This document shows, one piece after another, positions 19,580 through 33,882 of a stretch of DNA of 64,000 nt. The position numbers and the translations under genes are program-made. The notes under the pieces are model-generated. The model ran no database searches, was not told where the DNA came from, and saw only the letters and a list, made by a program, of their open reading frames with translations. The DNA is from Eledone cirrhosa (lineage: Eukaryota). Each line of letters starts with the position of its first letter. Position 1 is the first letter of the stretch. The DNA lies in the NCBI GenBank assembly GCA_964016885.1, contig OZ024751.1, positions 2,790,001 through 2,854,000 on the forward strand, read 5' to 3'.

Positions 19580-19890
19580 CTGCCAGCTGCTGCTGGTACC
19601 ATGTAACTCAATACAACCCGCTTCATGATCGAGTGGTCAGCGACTAAACCAGCTTCCCCTACCAGACCCTAGTCTGGTGAGGAGGGTAAGTGGAACCCCA
19701 ACAGCTGTAAAAAGGGCGGATGAACCCCTCAGAATCAACAGCCATCTACCTCAACTATGAGTTAAATAGCCTCCTCACCCACTCGCAATTGGTCAAGCGT
19801 GGTAACTACAGCTACACCCCTAAAGGCATGACCAAAACCAAACAGAAAGTGGTGGAGGTCAACCAGGGAGGGATTTCTCCAAAAGGAGTG
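19580..19890 (+). mobile_element. RTE-like 5'UTR fragment, distantly related to the head of the 41506 family
   Basis: Shared catgta, gcgactaaac and ggtgaggagggt motifs with covarying hairpins. Confidence 0.55.
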
Positions 19891-19919
19891 AAAAGGTCCT
19901 GGATTGGATTGTATTGGTT

Positions 19920-20120
19920 TCAATATCATTATAATAGTTACTCATTTTGGCTCAAGGTTAGCAATTTCTAGAGGGATTTCAGTACTTAACTGGCACATTA
20001 TTTTATCGACCTCCAAAATTTGAATATTGACCTCAGCGGGATTTGAACTCAGAACGTAAAGAACCAGGACAAATTCTGCTAAGCATTTTGTTTGATGATT
20101 TAACGACCCTGGCAATCCAC
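19920..20120 (-). mobile_element. SINE
   Basis: Reverse-strand B-box ggatttgaactc and core ttttatcgacc. Confidence 0.7.
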
Positions 20121-20229
20121 CATCTTTACAATATCAGAACGACAAAAAGACAAGACGATGAAAGAAAGGATTTGGTAGGGGAACAGAGCAAACTGCATCC
20201 TTAGTTCGACAGTATAGGTTACTGCGGTG

Positions 20230-20745
20230 AGCTGGTGATGGTGATGTTGTTGGTGGTATTGTTGCTGGTGTTGGTGGTGTTGATGATGATGTTGTTGTTG
20301 TTGGTGTTGAAAGTGTTGTTGGTGGTGATAGTGGGGTGGTGACAGTGTTGGTGATAATAGTGTTGATGATGATAATAGTGTTGATGATGATAATGTTGGT
20401 AGAGATGATAGTTATGATGTTGGTGGTGTTATTATTAACGGTAGTGTTGGTGATGATGGTTGTGATGGTGTTGATGTTGGTGTTAGTGTTGATGGTGGTG
20501 AGAGTGTTGGTGGTGTTGTTACTGGTGTTGTTATTAACGGTGGTGTTGGTGATGATGGTTGTGATGGTGTTGATGATAGTGATGATGGTGGTGATTCTAT
20601 TGATCGTGGTGATAGTGTTGATGGTGGTGATAGTGATGATGGTGTTGATGGTAGTGATAGTGTTGGTAGAGATGTTAGTGATGATGGTGGTGTTGGTGTT
20701 CATGGTGATGATAGTGTTGGTGGTGATAATTGTGGTGTTGCTGCT
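20230..20745. repeat. (GTG/GAT/GTT)n low-complexity repeat
   Basis: Direct inspection. Confidence 0.9.
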
Positions 20746-20879
20746 AATTGACCTAAAGAAACTATTCATTAATTATATTCCCCCTTCTGGACACCAGATG
20801 GCAGAACGTTCATGAACACCAATGAGAAATATATATATAAACGAGGAAGTTTCGTTTACATATGAAAAATATTTATTGC

Positions 20880-22079
20880 GTATCGACCTGTTACGCGCGT
20901 TTCGCAGAGGATTGGTCCAAGGTGACCCATAGGAGTTATGAACCCGACTCCAGTATCCATCTGCTCCTCAGACTGGTGATGTGACAAAATATTTTTTTTT
21001 TTGTGGTATATGGACGGAGAATGTATATATATATATAGGCATTAGCCCTGTTTTTTGTGTGCATGGGCGTGTGTGTATATCCTGGTGTAATTTGTGGGGC
21101 AGCAATGCGGTTTATATTCACCGGTATTCATGTGCGTATTTACGTATGCGTGCGAGCAATTAAGGATCCATGTGTGTGTGCGCGCGTGTGGGTGCGTTTT
21201 GGAATGTGTATTGGTCAGTCAAAGACTTATTTTGGTGTAAAAAGGAAGCAAGCACCTTTAGAACGGAATGGGAGGTCATAAGAAAAGCACCCTCGCTGCA
21301 CCATGGAGTATGACACTGTCGGTTATGACTTACGGAAGCAGTGGAAATAATAAAATTGAAAAAACACGGTATAAAGGTGAGGCCTGAAATCGTGATGAAC
21401 TGTTTGCACCAGTGCGCCCACCTGTTCAACAGCTACGTGGACGAGCTGAACTTAAGGAATACCCAGTAATTCACAGCCATACTTGGATCAAACACACAGG
21501 CAAGCGAAAGAAATCTATTTGAACACTCCTACTTATAACTCTTTATATTCATCAGTACAACATCTCTTAATTATTACTGTCTTTATTATTACCTCTGCTA
21601 TACGTATGTACATGGGTGTATGTGGGGGTACGCACCGATGAGTGTCCCCGCGACTCTCACACATATGAGATGTATGTCTGTTTGTACGTGTATATGGGCG
21701 CTCGCACAGGCATATATATGTGTGTATATATGCATGTATGTATACGTGCCTGTGTGTGTGTATATGTGTGTACGCGTGTGTGTGTGTCTGTGTGTGCATA
21801 TATATGTGTGCGTGTGGTATGTGTACATATGTGTGTGTGCACGTGTGTATATATACGTGTGAGTGTGTAAGCATGTGGGAGTGCATGTGGCTGTATTTAT
21901 GTGCTTATAAATGGACTTGCATGCATGTGCGTATGTCTTTACTTATAAGCGTGTATGAATGGGCGCACATGGATGTGTATGCATGTATATGTGTACATGT
22001 ATGTATATGTCTCTCTGCATATGTATGCATGTGTGTGTGTATATATATATATATGCATGTGTATGTATGTATTTATGTA

Positions 22080-22145
<66 letters not shown>

Positions 22146-22775
22146 TGTATGTGTGGATCGGTGTTTGTGTGTGTACACACCTATATGTGTGTGAGGGCTC
22201 GTGTATCTTGGTGTACACATATCTGTGCGCCTATGCCTGCTTGTCTATGTTGTTGATTTTATACATCCTACAATTATTCCTTCTTATCCACTATCCCTTT
22301 TTTTTAATTCTTGGACAAAAACATGAACTGTCTTTACCGGCACAATAAACTAGCACCGGGTCGTCCGAGCGTGACACACCCCACAAATGCCTACTTCATG
22401 TTTACATCAAAGCAAGTCTTTGACTGACCAATACACATTCCAAAACGCACCCACGCCCACGCGCACACACACACGAATCCTTAATTGCTCGCGTGCATAC
22501 GTAAATACGCATATGAATACCGGTGAATACACACCGCATTGCTGCCCCACAAATTACACCAGGATATACAGATAGACCCACGCACGCACACAAAAAAAAA
22601 AAAAAAAAAATATGGCCAATGCCTATATATATACATTTACGGTCCACATACCACAACAAAAATATATCTTTTGTGCATCACCAGACTGAGAAGCAAATCG
22701 ATACAGGAATCGGGTCCATAACTCCTATGGGTCACCTTGAGCCAATCCTCTGCAAAACGCGCGTAACAGGTGGTT
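20880..22775 (+). mobile_element. Heavily 5'-truncated Naiad-type PLE with diverged inverted pLTR arms (~20880-21250 and ~22395-22775)
   Basis: The arms are reverse complements. 21260-21468 encodes the EN C-terminus WEVIRKAP...CRL*LTE...RPEIVMNCLH. Confidence 0.75.
20886..20977 (-). ncRNA. Type I hammerhead
   Basis: Stem I accagt/acaggt; CUGAGGA; stem II gcaga/tctgc with long loop; GAAA; palindromic stem III CGCGCG; UA. The copy at 22680-22771 has core mutations. Confidence 0.82.
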
Positions 22776-22804
22776 ACGCAATAAAACGGGAGGAAACATA
22801 ATAG

Positions 22805-22848
22805 TAACACTGATGATGTCACATGTGTGTGATGAAAGAACTTTGATA
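22805..22848 (+). ncRNA. Minimal hammerhead (gtcaca family)
   Basis: CUGAUGA 22810-22816; stem II gtcaca/tgtgat; GAAA; GAAC-UU; homologous to 30445-30487. Confidence 0.65.
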
Positions 22849-23059
22849 GACTATATATATATTTATATCTATATTTTTAATCGTTGGTCAATCAATGATA
22901 AACATTGATTGCCAGCTAAATTAACTATAGGGATATAAAAGATACTGAAGTGAAAACCAATCCAAACCAAATAGTGAGTGTGCTCTGTTATTATTTCTGG
23001 CAATATTATAACGACTAGAAGAAAAAGCACCCTTCGGGTGGTTTTTCTGAGTGAGCAAA

Positions 23060-23249
23060 TCCGGAGTGAACAAACCAACGTGCGCACTTAGTTGAGTGCT
23101 CCAACCTGCATACTGAGGTGTCGGTAAACAAGCAACACATACTCAAAATATATATATATATATTGAGTATGTGTTGGTTGTTTACCGACACCCCAATATG
23201 CAGTCAGGAGCACTCAACGAAGTGCGCACGTTGGTTTGTTCATTCCGGA
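23060..23249. repeat. Imperfect ~190-bp palindrome centred on (TA)n (tail-to-tail element ends)
   Basis: tccggagtgaacaaaccaacgtgcgcac... mirrors ...gtgcgcacgttggtttgttcattccgga. Confidence 0.85.
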
Positions 23250-23264
23250 GTAATGTAAAATAAT

Positions 23265-23443
23265 TGTTTCTACTTTAGGCACAAGGCCAGCAATTACCCA
23301 GTACATTACTGGTACTTTATTTTATCGACCCCGTAAGGATGAAAGGCAAAGTTAACCTCGGCGGGATTTGAACTCAGACTGTAAAGGGACGTAACTATGC
23401 TAGAAAGCATGGCATCCAACCCTCTACCGATACTGCCAATTCA
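23265..23443 (-). mobile_element. SINE with 19-bp target-site duplication
   Basis: TSD cggagtaatgtaaaataat at 23246-23264 and 23444-23462; B-box and core on the minus strand. Confidence 0.88.
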
Positions 23444-23503
23444 CGGAGTAATGTAAAATAATACGTGTAAGTCAAACATGTTAAAGTTGGCTTAGTTTAT
23501 TCC

Positions 23504-23569
23504 AATTCGCTGCTTACATATTTCAGTGACAGCCATTATTGGCTGTGACCTCATCAGGCAGTAAGAATT
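23504..23569 (-). ncRNA. Type I hammerhead
   Basis: CUGAUGA; stem II ggtcacagcca/tggctgtcact; GAAA-UAUG-UA; stem I ctgc/gcag (one extra nt) extended by aattc/gaatt. Confidence 0.72.
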
Positions 23570-24267
23570 TAGACAGAAAAACAGGAAAACATGATGTTTT
23601 AATGAGTTCTACTCTGTTAATTCTTTGATATGTCCAGCTCCTGGGTGTGTTGTTCCACAAAGGAACTGGAATCATATGAGCAAGAATAAACGGATGTTAG
23701 CGTCCAGAGGATATGCTCCCACCTCATTAGTAAGTTCTCATACTTCTCCCCAGACTAAAGTCTATTGAAATTCCTATATATATATTTATGTACAAGTATA
23801 CATACATATAATATACATACACACATACATGCATATATATATGCAAACATACGTATATATATATACACACACAAACACACGCACATACGCACACCAACAC
23901 ATGTGAACAAATGCGCGCTCCCACACCCATACGCACACACACAGACATACACACAGAAATATAAGTTATATGAAAAATACACATTCATATTCTCATGTAT
24001 TTATACACACATACACACGCATAAATACATGCACGCGGACGCATAGAAATGCACTCATATGTGCGCACACACACATATATATATAATATATATATATACA
24101 CACATACATACATATATAGATATACATATATATATATATATATATATACATACATTGACATTTCTACAGACTAAGAGGAAAGACTAGGTAAATTTTATCT
24201 GACTGTTCCTCACGGAGGAAAGTGTGACATTTATCTTATTTCTTCAAAGTTACATTTTAAATAATTA

Positions 24268-25855
24268 CACAGTGTACAAAAAAAAATGTTCTCTGTTCCT
24301 GGCTTGTAATCACTTTTTTGTGTTGCTTAGGTCCCAAATAAGGAAAAAAATGCTATTAAATAGTTAAAAGTTTGGGTTTGTAAAAATTCTAAGATACTCA
24401 CTAGAATTATTTGTATGCTGGACTTTACGTTGTATGTAAGTTTAATTTGCTTATGTTAAATGATTTTTTATATATGTTTCAGGTTAAATTAAAATTATAA
24501 AATACAGAGTAATACCTAAAGAAAATTATAAAAGTGCAATAAAGTATAAAATTGTTAAAAAAGTGGATTAAAGAGATTTATTGATATTGGGGTACCAGAA
24601 GAAGTTCCTCACTTCCCAAACCAAAAAGAAGTCAATGACTTGGTCAGGGATATGGGTCTGACCAAGTCCAATGCAGAGCTATTCGTCTCCAGGATGAAGC
24701 AGGGGAACTTGGTCAAGGAGGAAGGGCAGGTGAAAAGTCTTTTCTCAGGCTGATATACTATTAGGGATGGCCTTTGTTTCTGCCATGACGTGCCTGGACT
24801 GTTTGACGTTATTGGGGTGCCGTTTGTGCCCAAGGAGTGGCGGCTATTTATAGACAGGTCTACCACAAGTTTGAAGGCTGTCCTCCTCCACAATGGAAAC
24901 AAGTTCCCGACACTGCCCCTAGCTCATTCAGTCTGCCTGAAGGAAGATTACTACAGTGTGACAGTCCTCTTGGAAGCTCTGTAATACAACCAGTACAATT
25001 GGGAAATCATTGGAGACTTCAAGATGGTGGCTTTCCTGCTTGGACTCCAGGGAGGCTTTATCAAATTCCAATGATTCCTTTGCCTTTGGGACAGCAGAGC
25101 CACTCCTGACCACTACAAAAGAAAGAACTGGGAGCAGCGAACAGAATTTGTAGTTGGGACCCGGAACGTTATGTGGGAGCAGGATTGTGCTCATGCCGCT
25201 ACTGCACATTAAGTTGGGGTTGATGAAGAAGTTTGTGAAGGCTCTCAACCAAGAATCAGCCGCTTTTAAGTACCTTCTTGAGTTCTTCCCCAAGTTATCT
25301 GAGGTTAAAATCAAAGGTGGAATTTTTGTTGGACCTCAGATAAAGAAGGTGTTTGAGTCTACCGAGTTCTCCAATAAGCTCAATAGGATTGAGAGAACAG
25401 CATGGAACTGTTTCAAGGCAGTTGTTAAGGGCTTCTTGTGCAATTACAGAGCTGAAAACTACCAGCAACTGGTGCAGGATCTGATAAAGGCTTTTGGGGC
25501 CATGGAAAAATTCAAGGACAATATGGGCGCCTACTCAGAAGAAGAAGGCGAACGATTCCACCAAGATTTGAAAGAGATAGAGCGGAGGTACCAGGGCCAC
25601 TATAATGAAAAAATGATGGGGGACTATATCTGGGTGCTAGTGCGGGAATGCAACCTGGACTACAACCGCAAATCCAGGAAATCCAGTCATTTCTGACGTG
25701 TATAAGTTGCTTTATAAGTGTTATTTGTTTTTACTTGTTTGCTTTTGATAAGCTTGTGTAATAAAATAAATATATACTCTGTTGATTTAATTATATGAAC
25801 TGATAAATTTAAAAAAAACGTGTTTTTTCTTGAAAAATATGAAAATTTCGAAATT
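24268..25855 (+). mobile_element. Chapaev3-like (CMC) DNA transposon relic; transposase pseudogene ~24600-25696
   Basis: WRLFIDRSTTSLKAVLLHNGN, GDFKMVAFLLGLQGG, CLWDSR, LHIKLGLMKKFVKA, GIFVGPQI, GAYSEEEGERFHQD, with stops and frameshifts. Possible CAC 5' end at 24268; family assignment is from recalled motifs. Confidence 0.78.
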
Positions 25856-26605
25856 GTGATGTTGCTATTCCATTCATGTTTTCTATTTATATTCAAGAAT
25901 ATATAATGTACATAGGTGAGACAGCTCGTAGTATATGTGATGTTGCTATTACATTCATGTTTTCTATTTATAGTCAAGAATATAATGTACATAGGTGAGA
26001 CAGCTCGTAGTGTAGGAGAGCGATTAAATGAACACTGGCGAGAGCTTCAAGATAGAAAAGACTCATCAGTACTCCACCAACATGCTAAAATAGAACATAA
26101 GGGCAAATTAGAGAACATAGAAATAGAAATAAACTCTACACACAGAAAAGACGCAATGTTTAGACAATAAACATAAATGAACTCCAACCAAAATTAAATA
26201 GAAAACATGAATAGAATAGCAACATCACAACTTACAATTAAGGACAAAATGAAAACGCACACATATAGAACAAACAACCAACTAGTAACATATAAATAAA
26301 CAAATAAATAAACAAATAAAAACACACACGGACACCCGGATGTAACACATGTGCAAACTAAGCACACAACACACACAAAAACAAGATGGCGTAGGACAGA
26401 ACAAAGGAGAGGCACAAAACAAAGAAAAGAGGTCGCTGGTGAGGTGACAGAATGTGTAACGAAAGAACTTTGAACAACCGTCCGGTTGTAGAACCGGATA
26501 TTTTTTTTTTTTAATTTATAATTTAATTTATAATAAATTGGAGTGAAAGCAACTGGTGCGTGTGTTTCTTATTGGCAACATGACCCTCCCAAAGTATAAC
26601 AATAT
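25855..26605 (+). mobile_element. PLE 3' fragment (GIY-YIG end + pLTR) with short rearranged 5' pieces; degenerate hammerhead 26432-26474
   Basis: MYIGETARSVGERLNEH; homologous to 29970-30640; core CUGGUGA. Confidence 0.8.
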
Positions 26606-27159
26606 ATATATTTGCATATATATACATATATATATATATATAAACATATAAATATAAATTAGCGAGAATGGCATTTCGGCGAGTGGAAATTAGCGAAAAA
26701 CAACTTCCGAATTGTGTGGCAAGCGCTCAATAGATACTAGTGTACTAGAGCAATAACACATACGTTAAAAGGCCATATACACTGAGACAAATGTTTAAAC
26801 CATTAACCTCAAAGCCAAAAAGCGAGCAAGCTATTTGGGTCAAACAAATAATAATATATAATTGAAAAATTTACCCGGACCCGCGGAAATGTTAGTAAAA
26901 TCCAGTATAGGGTTTTTGCAACTCCTAAATCAAGTACTGTCTGCTTAAACATATCATGCTAAGCTTTTGGTATGATGATCGAACAAGGATGTCGCTTTTT
27001 CAACAGGTATTTTCTTCTGTGCCAAGCTACGGGTCTCGCCGTAATCTGAACGCACGTGCGGACTGAAAAGGGAGAGAACCCCTAGTTTTGATGGATGAAT
27101 TCAGTATGTGTGGTTATTGCAAAATTGCGAAATATCACAAAACATATATATATATATCT

Positions 27160-27825
27160 AGGGCGGGTAAAATTCCCGAGATCCATGGACGAGTTCTCTC
27201 CAGCGGTCTCTGTCCCTCATCATCGCTGCCATGTCCTGCTTCTCCCAGAGACCAGTGTCTGTCCTTAGGGCATCAACATACGTCAACCTAGGTCTTCCTC
27301 TTCTAGTGTGTCCATGCAGGGGCTCCCACAGGAGCACTCAGTTTAATGTCAACTCTGGGTGTCGGTGAGCATGTCCGGCTAACCTCAGTCTCCTCTGGGC
27401 TACTTTTGAGCTGACATTTGGGAGGCTCCCATACAGCTCTGAGTTCTTCGTCCTCTGTGTATACTCTGTGTATACTCGTGTAGCACCCATCCAGGATTTG
27501 ATGCAGGAGGTGGAGACTGTGTCGATGAGAGTGGGGCTGAGAATGAATGAGATTAAGATGAAGTATCTGGTAGAGAATATTAAGAAGCCGGAGAAGATTA
27601 CTAATGTATCGGTAGGCCGCTAGAATTGGTTGAGGCAAAGATTGGGAATACGGAGGAAGATGTGGTCGAGAGGAAGAGCAAAGCCTGGGCGGCGTGTCAC
27701 AGCTTGAGATCGGTGTGGAAGTCGGACCTTCGTAAAGACCAGAAGATCCGCCTCTTCGTTGCTTAGTGGAGTCTGTGCTGCTGTACAGGTCTGAAACTTG
27801 GACACTGACCAAGAAACTCACTCAG
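27160..27825 (-). mobile_element. RTE-clade LINE 3' fragment with 5' inversion
   Basis: Plus strand 27530-27825 reads ...[17 protein letters not shown]; minus strand from ~27500 reads ILDGCYT...PLHGH..RGRP. Homologous to 53137-53360. Confidence 0.72.
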
Positions 27826-27836
27826 ATATATATGTA

Positions 27837-28605
<769 letters not shown>

Positions 28606-28789
28606 GTTTCCCCAAGTACGTCGTCGCTCTTCCCCTCCACTAACCCTCTATAGAACGCCAAGGTGGAGTTTCCACCGATCACATTGCCCGATTGGTCGAG
28701 GGCTGTGAGCGCCTGAAGACATTCCAGTCTCCAAGCGCTCCCTCTCGGTCTTCGCTTGACCCAGGCCTTAGCAACCTGTGCCCTACAAG

Positions 28790-30650
28790 TCCAGCAAGAG
28801 GCAGACCACCTACCATTACCTCAATGGCCAAGAAAACCCACACAGACAGATGGAACGGGTGGACCAGAGCCATACGGACCCCCGAAAACCATGATGAACT
28901 AAAGAAAATGATTTCACATGCGGTGGGGGCCAGCATAAAATTAACCCTTAAGGAACATATGTTCAAATTTAAGGGAAAAACATATGCCCAAGAGGAGGGA
29001 GTAGCCATTGGTGTTAGCATTGCAGGCGACATAGCTAACCTATTCATGGTATGGTGGGACAAGAGACTTAAACTTAAACTTAAAGAACAATTAGAAGACA
29101 CCTTAACCCTGATAATGTACTCCCACTACGTTGATGATATAAACATCCCCACTAGAGAACAGTCAGGAATTAGAGAAAAACACAATGGAAAGCATACAGC
29201 AAATAGCTAACTCCATCCACCAGAGTATTAGAGTTACTATAGACTACCCAAGCAAACACCCCAACCATCGATTACCTGTACTAGACACAGAGCTCTGGTT
29301 AGATACCATTAATAACAAAAAACAGATCCTCCATTCCCATTATGCCAAACCCATGACTTCCAAATATCTGATCCACCGAAACTCAGCTGTTTCGGACCAT
29401 ACCAAAATCAACATACTGATTGCGGATTTGGTACGAGTGATGAGAAACGTGTCCTGCATGTGCAACCCCAAAGAACTAGAGAGACACATACAACACTTCA
29501 TCCACCGTATGCAGTTCTCTGGTTACAACCAGAGAGATAAAATCAGAGTATATAGAGGAGCCAGAACCGAATGGGAAAAAATGGTAAATAATGACACAAA
29601 TGGGACCTGCCCCTTGTATAGGAGCAAATTTTGGAATAGAATAGAAAGAACTAGGAATAAGGCTAATAGAATAAACTCATGGTATGATAGCAATAAATAC
29701 CAGAGTGTAATGTTCATCAATACAACCCATAGAGGTGAATTAGCTTACAAATTTAGAAGGGCCCTAGATAAACATAAACTCAATATTAAGATAGTAGAAA
29801 GACCAGGTACCTCCATAAAAACACTTATTAGCAATACACACCCTTTTCAAAGACCTCTCTGTATAGATAAGAAATGTATAATCTGTAACTTAAGCCCCCA
29901 TATTAACTGTAAAACTAGAAATGTAGTATATAGCATAAGATGTACTGAAGGACAATGTAGAGATAAAAATATAGTGTACATAGGTGAGACAGCTCGTAGT
30001 ATAGGGGAACGGATAAATTAACACTGGCGAGACCTTCAAGATAGTAAAGAATCATCTGTACTCTACCAACATGCTAAAATAGAACATAAGGGTAAATTAG
30101 AGAACATAGAAATAAAAATAGAATCTACACACAGAAAAGACGCAATGTTTAGACAAATCACAGAGGCAATAAACATAAAAGAATTACAACCAAAATTAAA
30201 TAGAAAACATGAATGGAACAGCAACATCACAACTTACAATTAAGGACAAAATGAAAACACACACGCACACAGAACAACCAACCAACCAGTAACATGTAAA
30301 TAAACAAATAAATAAACGAATATAAACACACACAGACACCCGGATGTAACACATGCGCAAACTAAGCACACAACACACACACAAAAACAAGATGGTGTCG
30401 GACAGAACAAAGGAGAGGCAGAAAAACAAAGAAAAGAATCCCCAGTCACTGAAGAGGTCACAGAATGTGTGACGAAAGAACTTTGACAATATATAAACAA
30501 TCATCTGGTTGTGGAACCAACCAACCAACCGGAAATTTATAAATTCCTAAATTTATAAATTTATTATAATAAATTGAAATGAAACATTTGGGGCGTGTGT
30601 TACTTATTGGCAACATGACCCTCCCAAAGTATAACAATATCGGTTTCAAC
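28790..30650 (+). mobile_element. PLE of a third family (Cys-linker type), 5'-truncated, with disrupted RT-GIY-YIG ORF ~28790-30243 and 3' pLTR
   Basis: GVAIGVSIAGDIANLFM, YVDD, RLPVLD, CIDKKCIIC...CKTRNVVYSIRC...YIGETARS; stop at 30019-30021. Confidence 0.88.
30445..30487 (+). ncRNA. Minimal type I hammerhead in PLE pLTR
   Basis: Stem I gtca/tgac; CUGAAGA; stem II gtcaca/tgtgac; GAAA-GAAC-UU. Confidence 0.8.
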
Positions 30651-30694
30651 ACAGGTTTTCAGATAAAGAATCTTGCTAAACAAATTCTGAAACG

Positions 30695-31710
<1,016 letters not shown>

Positions 31711-31731
31711 TATATATATATATATATATAT

Positions 31732-31923
31732 ATAGGAACGAATAGGACCCCGACGGCTGAGCTCAACCCGTTTCGACGGCTAATTCTGGACAGAATTAGC
31801 CGTCGAAACGACTTGAGCTCAGCCATCGGGGTCCTACTCGTTCCTATTACCCACTCTACTACCCTAAGTATTGAGTACTTTGGTGCGTTATGGTCCACCT
31901 GTTTCCTTACCACATTTCCTTCG

Positions 31924-31926
<3 letters not shown>
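31732..31926 (+). mobile_element. Short fold-back element containing the 3' half of a hammerhead
   Basis: Hairpin 31732-31847; gccgtc-GAAA-stem III-UC-gggg; same family as 58827-59009 and 8902-8958. Confidence 0.75.
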
Positions 31927-31991
<65 letters not shown>

Positions 31992-32197
31992 ATACATGTA
32001 TATATATATATATACATTATTACATTATATATATATAAATATATATATATATAAATATATGCAAAAGTTCTATTTAAATTGTTGGGATACAACAAGCAAA
32101 TATATTTATAACTGATATAAAGCACTCAACAATTATTTGGAGTAAACATACGATATATGTAAACTATAAATGGAAACTATATTTATAAAACCATATT

Positions 32198-32261
32198 TAT
32201 TTCATTATACATATTTCATGACACCAAGTTAAATTATGGTATGCTTTCATCAGACAAAATA
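32198..32261 (-). ncRNA. Type I hammerhead in Naiad pLTR
   Basis: tattttgt-CUGAUGA...GAAA-UAUGUA-UA-atgaaata. Confidence 0.75.
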
Positions 32262-33882
32262 TAATATAGATCAGTTTTATAAATAAATATTGACATACCC
32301 TTAAAACATGCAACCATTACTGTTGGAAGCTCCCGGATAGTGGAGTTGCTTACTTATATTGGATTAGTATTAGTATTGGATATTTTTATTTTTATTTTTA
32401 AAATAAGCCGTTGGGTTACAGAGAAAGAAAAAGAAGGAGAGAGAGAAAAAGAGAGAGAGAAAAAAAGAGAAAAGAGAGAGAGATATCAAAATAACAGAGA
32501 GAGAGAGAGATATCAAAATAACAGAGAGAGAGAGATATCAAAATAACAGAGAGAGAGAGAGATATCAAAATAACAGAGAGAGAAAGATATAGATAGAGAG
32601 AGGAGACAGAGCGAAGGGGAGAGAACGAAAATTCTAAGTCATATCTTGTTGAGTTAACTTAACAATTGAGATGAAATGAATAAATAAAATTAGAAATGTT
32701 AATAATCATGAATGGAATATACATATATAATATGAGAAATTAATCATTGTTTAAATATGATTAGATGTTTAGTTAATCATTTAAAAATTGAGATCAATAT
32801 ATTAAAAATTGGGATCTATACATTAAGAATCCATATATTTCTAGAGAACTACATATCATATAACACGTACACACACGCAAAAATACATACAAATATATAT
32901 ACACACTTATAAAATACATACCATATCCAACTACGTATATAATATATACACACAGAGCATAAAGGATTCTTTAATTTAATGTTATTCACACATTTATGTT
33001 ATTAAATAAGATTACCTGTTATGTATTTATGGCTGTTAATTATATGGAATAAACACTATACATAAGTGCAATCAAATTGTATGGATATATACGCACATGC
33101 ACATACATAATTCTCACATATACATATATATACATGTGTGTGTACCCTCAGCCAATAGGTATATACGCATCACGCATACATATACATAGAGACAGACATA
33201 TATTCATAAAAACGCATAGAACATATGTACATGCATGTCAATATACACATATACATATATATTCACATATAGAGAGAAGTATGCATCAATACAGTACATA
33301 GTATAATTGAGTACATAAAATACAAAAGGATTATATTACAATTTGGAAATATAATTATAGCAATATAACTTTAAAAGCAATACAATTTTAAAATATTATA
33401 GAATATTTTTAGTTATAATTTCAAAATAATAGTATGTTTAATAGATTTAGTATAGAAATTTATCTTACGTATATTTAACTCAAAATATTGAAAGGATAAA
33501 CTTTCGAAAATAGAAGTTATCAGAACAATAAGAAAACAATAAAAAATAAAAAATAAAAAGTAATAAAAAATAAAAAATAAAAAATAATAAAAAATAATAA
33601 AAAATAATAAATAATAAATAATAAAAAAAAATATAATAAAATAAATAAATAAAAAAACAATAAAAAACAATAGAAAAATAAAAATAAGAAATAGGAAATA
33701 TTTTCTCCTTTCAAGAGCTCTCAATATATTTCTCTAGAATAGTTTATTATATTTATATTTATTTATATTTAGGAAGAAAAGTTATTTATACTTGAGTGTT
33801 TAATCAGTCAATAAAAATGAAGGAATCTAATGATTTATCGACAGGTTTCATATATTAATAAAATTAATTAATTAATTATATA

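Noticed and set aside
20140-20230. Non-repetitive segment ending in gtgagc, possible host exon
   Set aside because: Stops in all three frames from the nearest acceptor; no recognisable protein.
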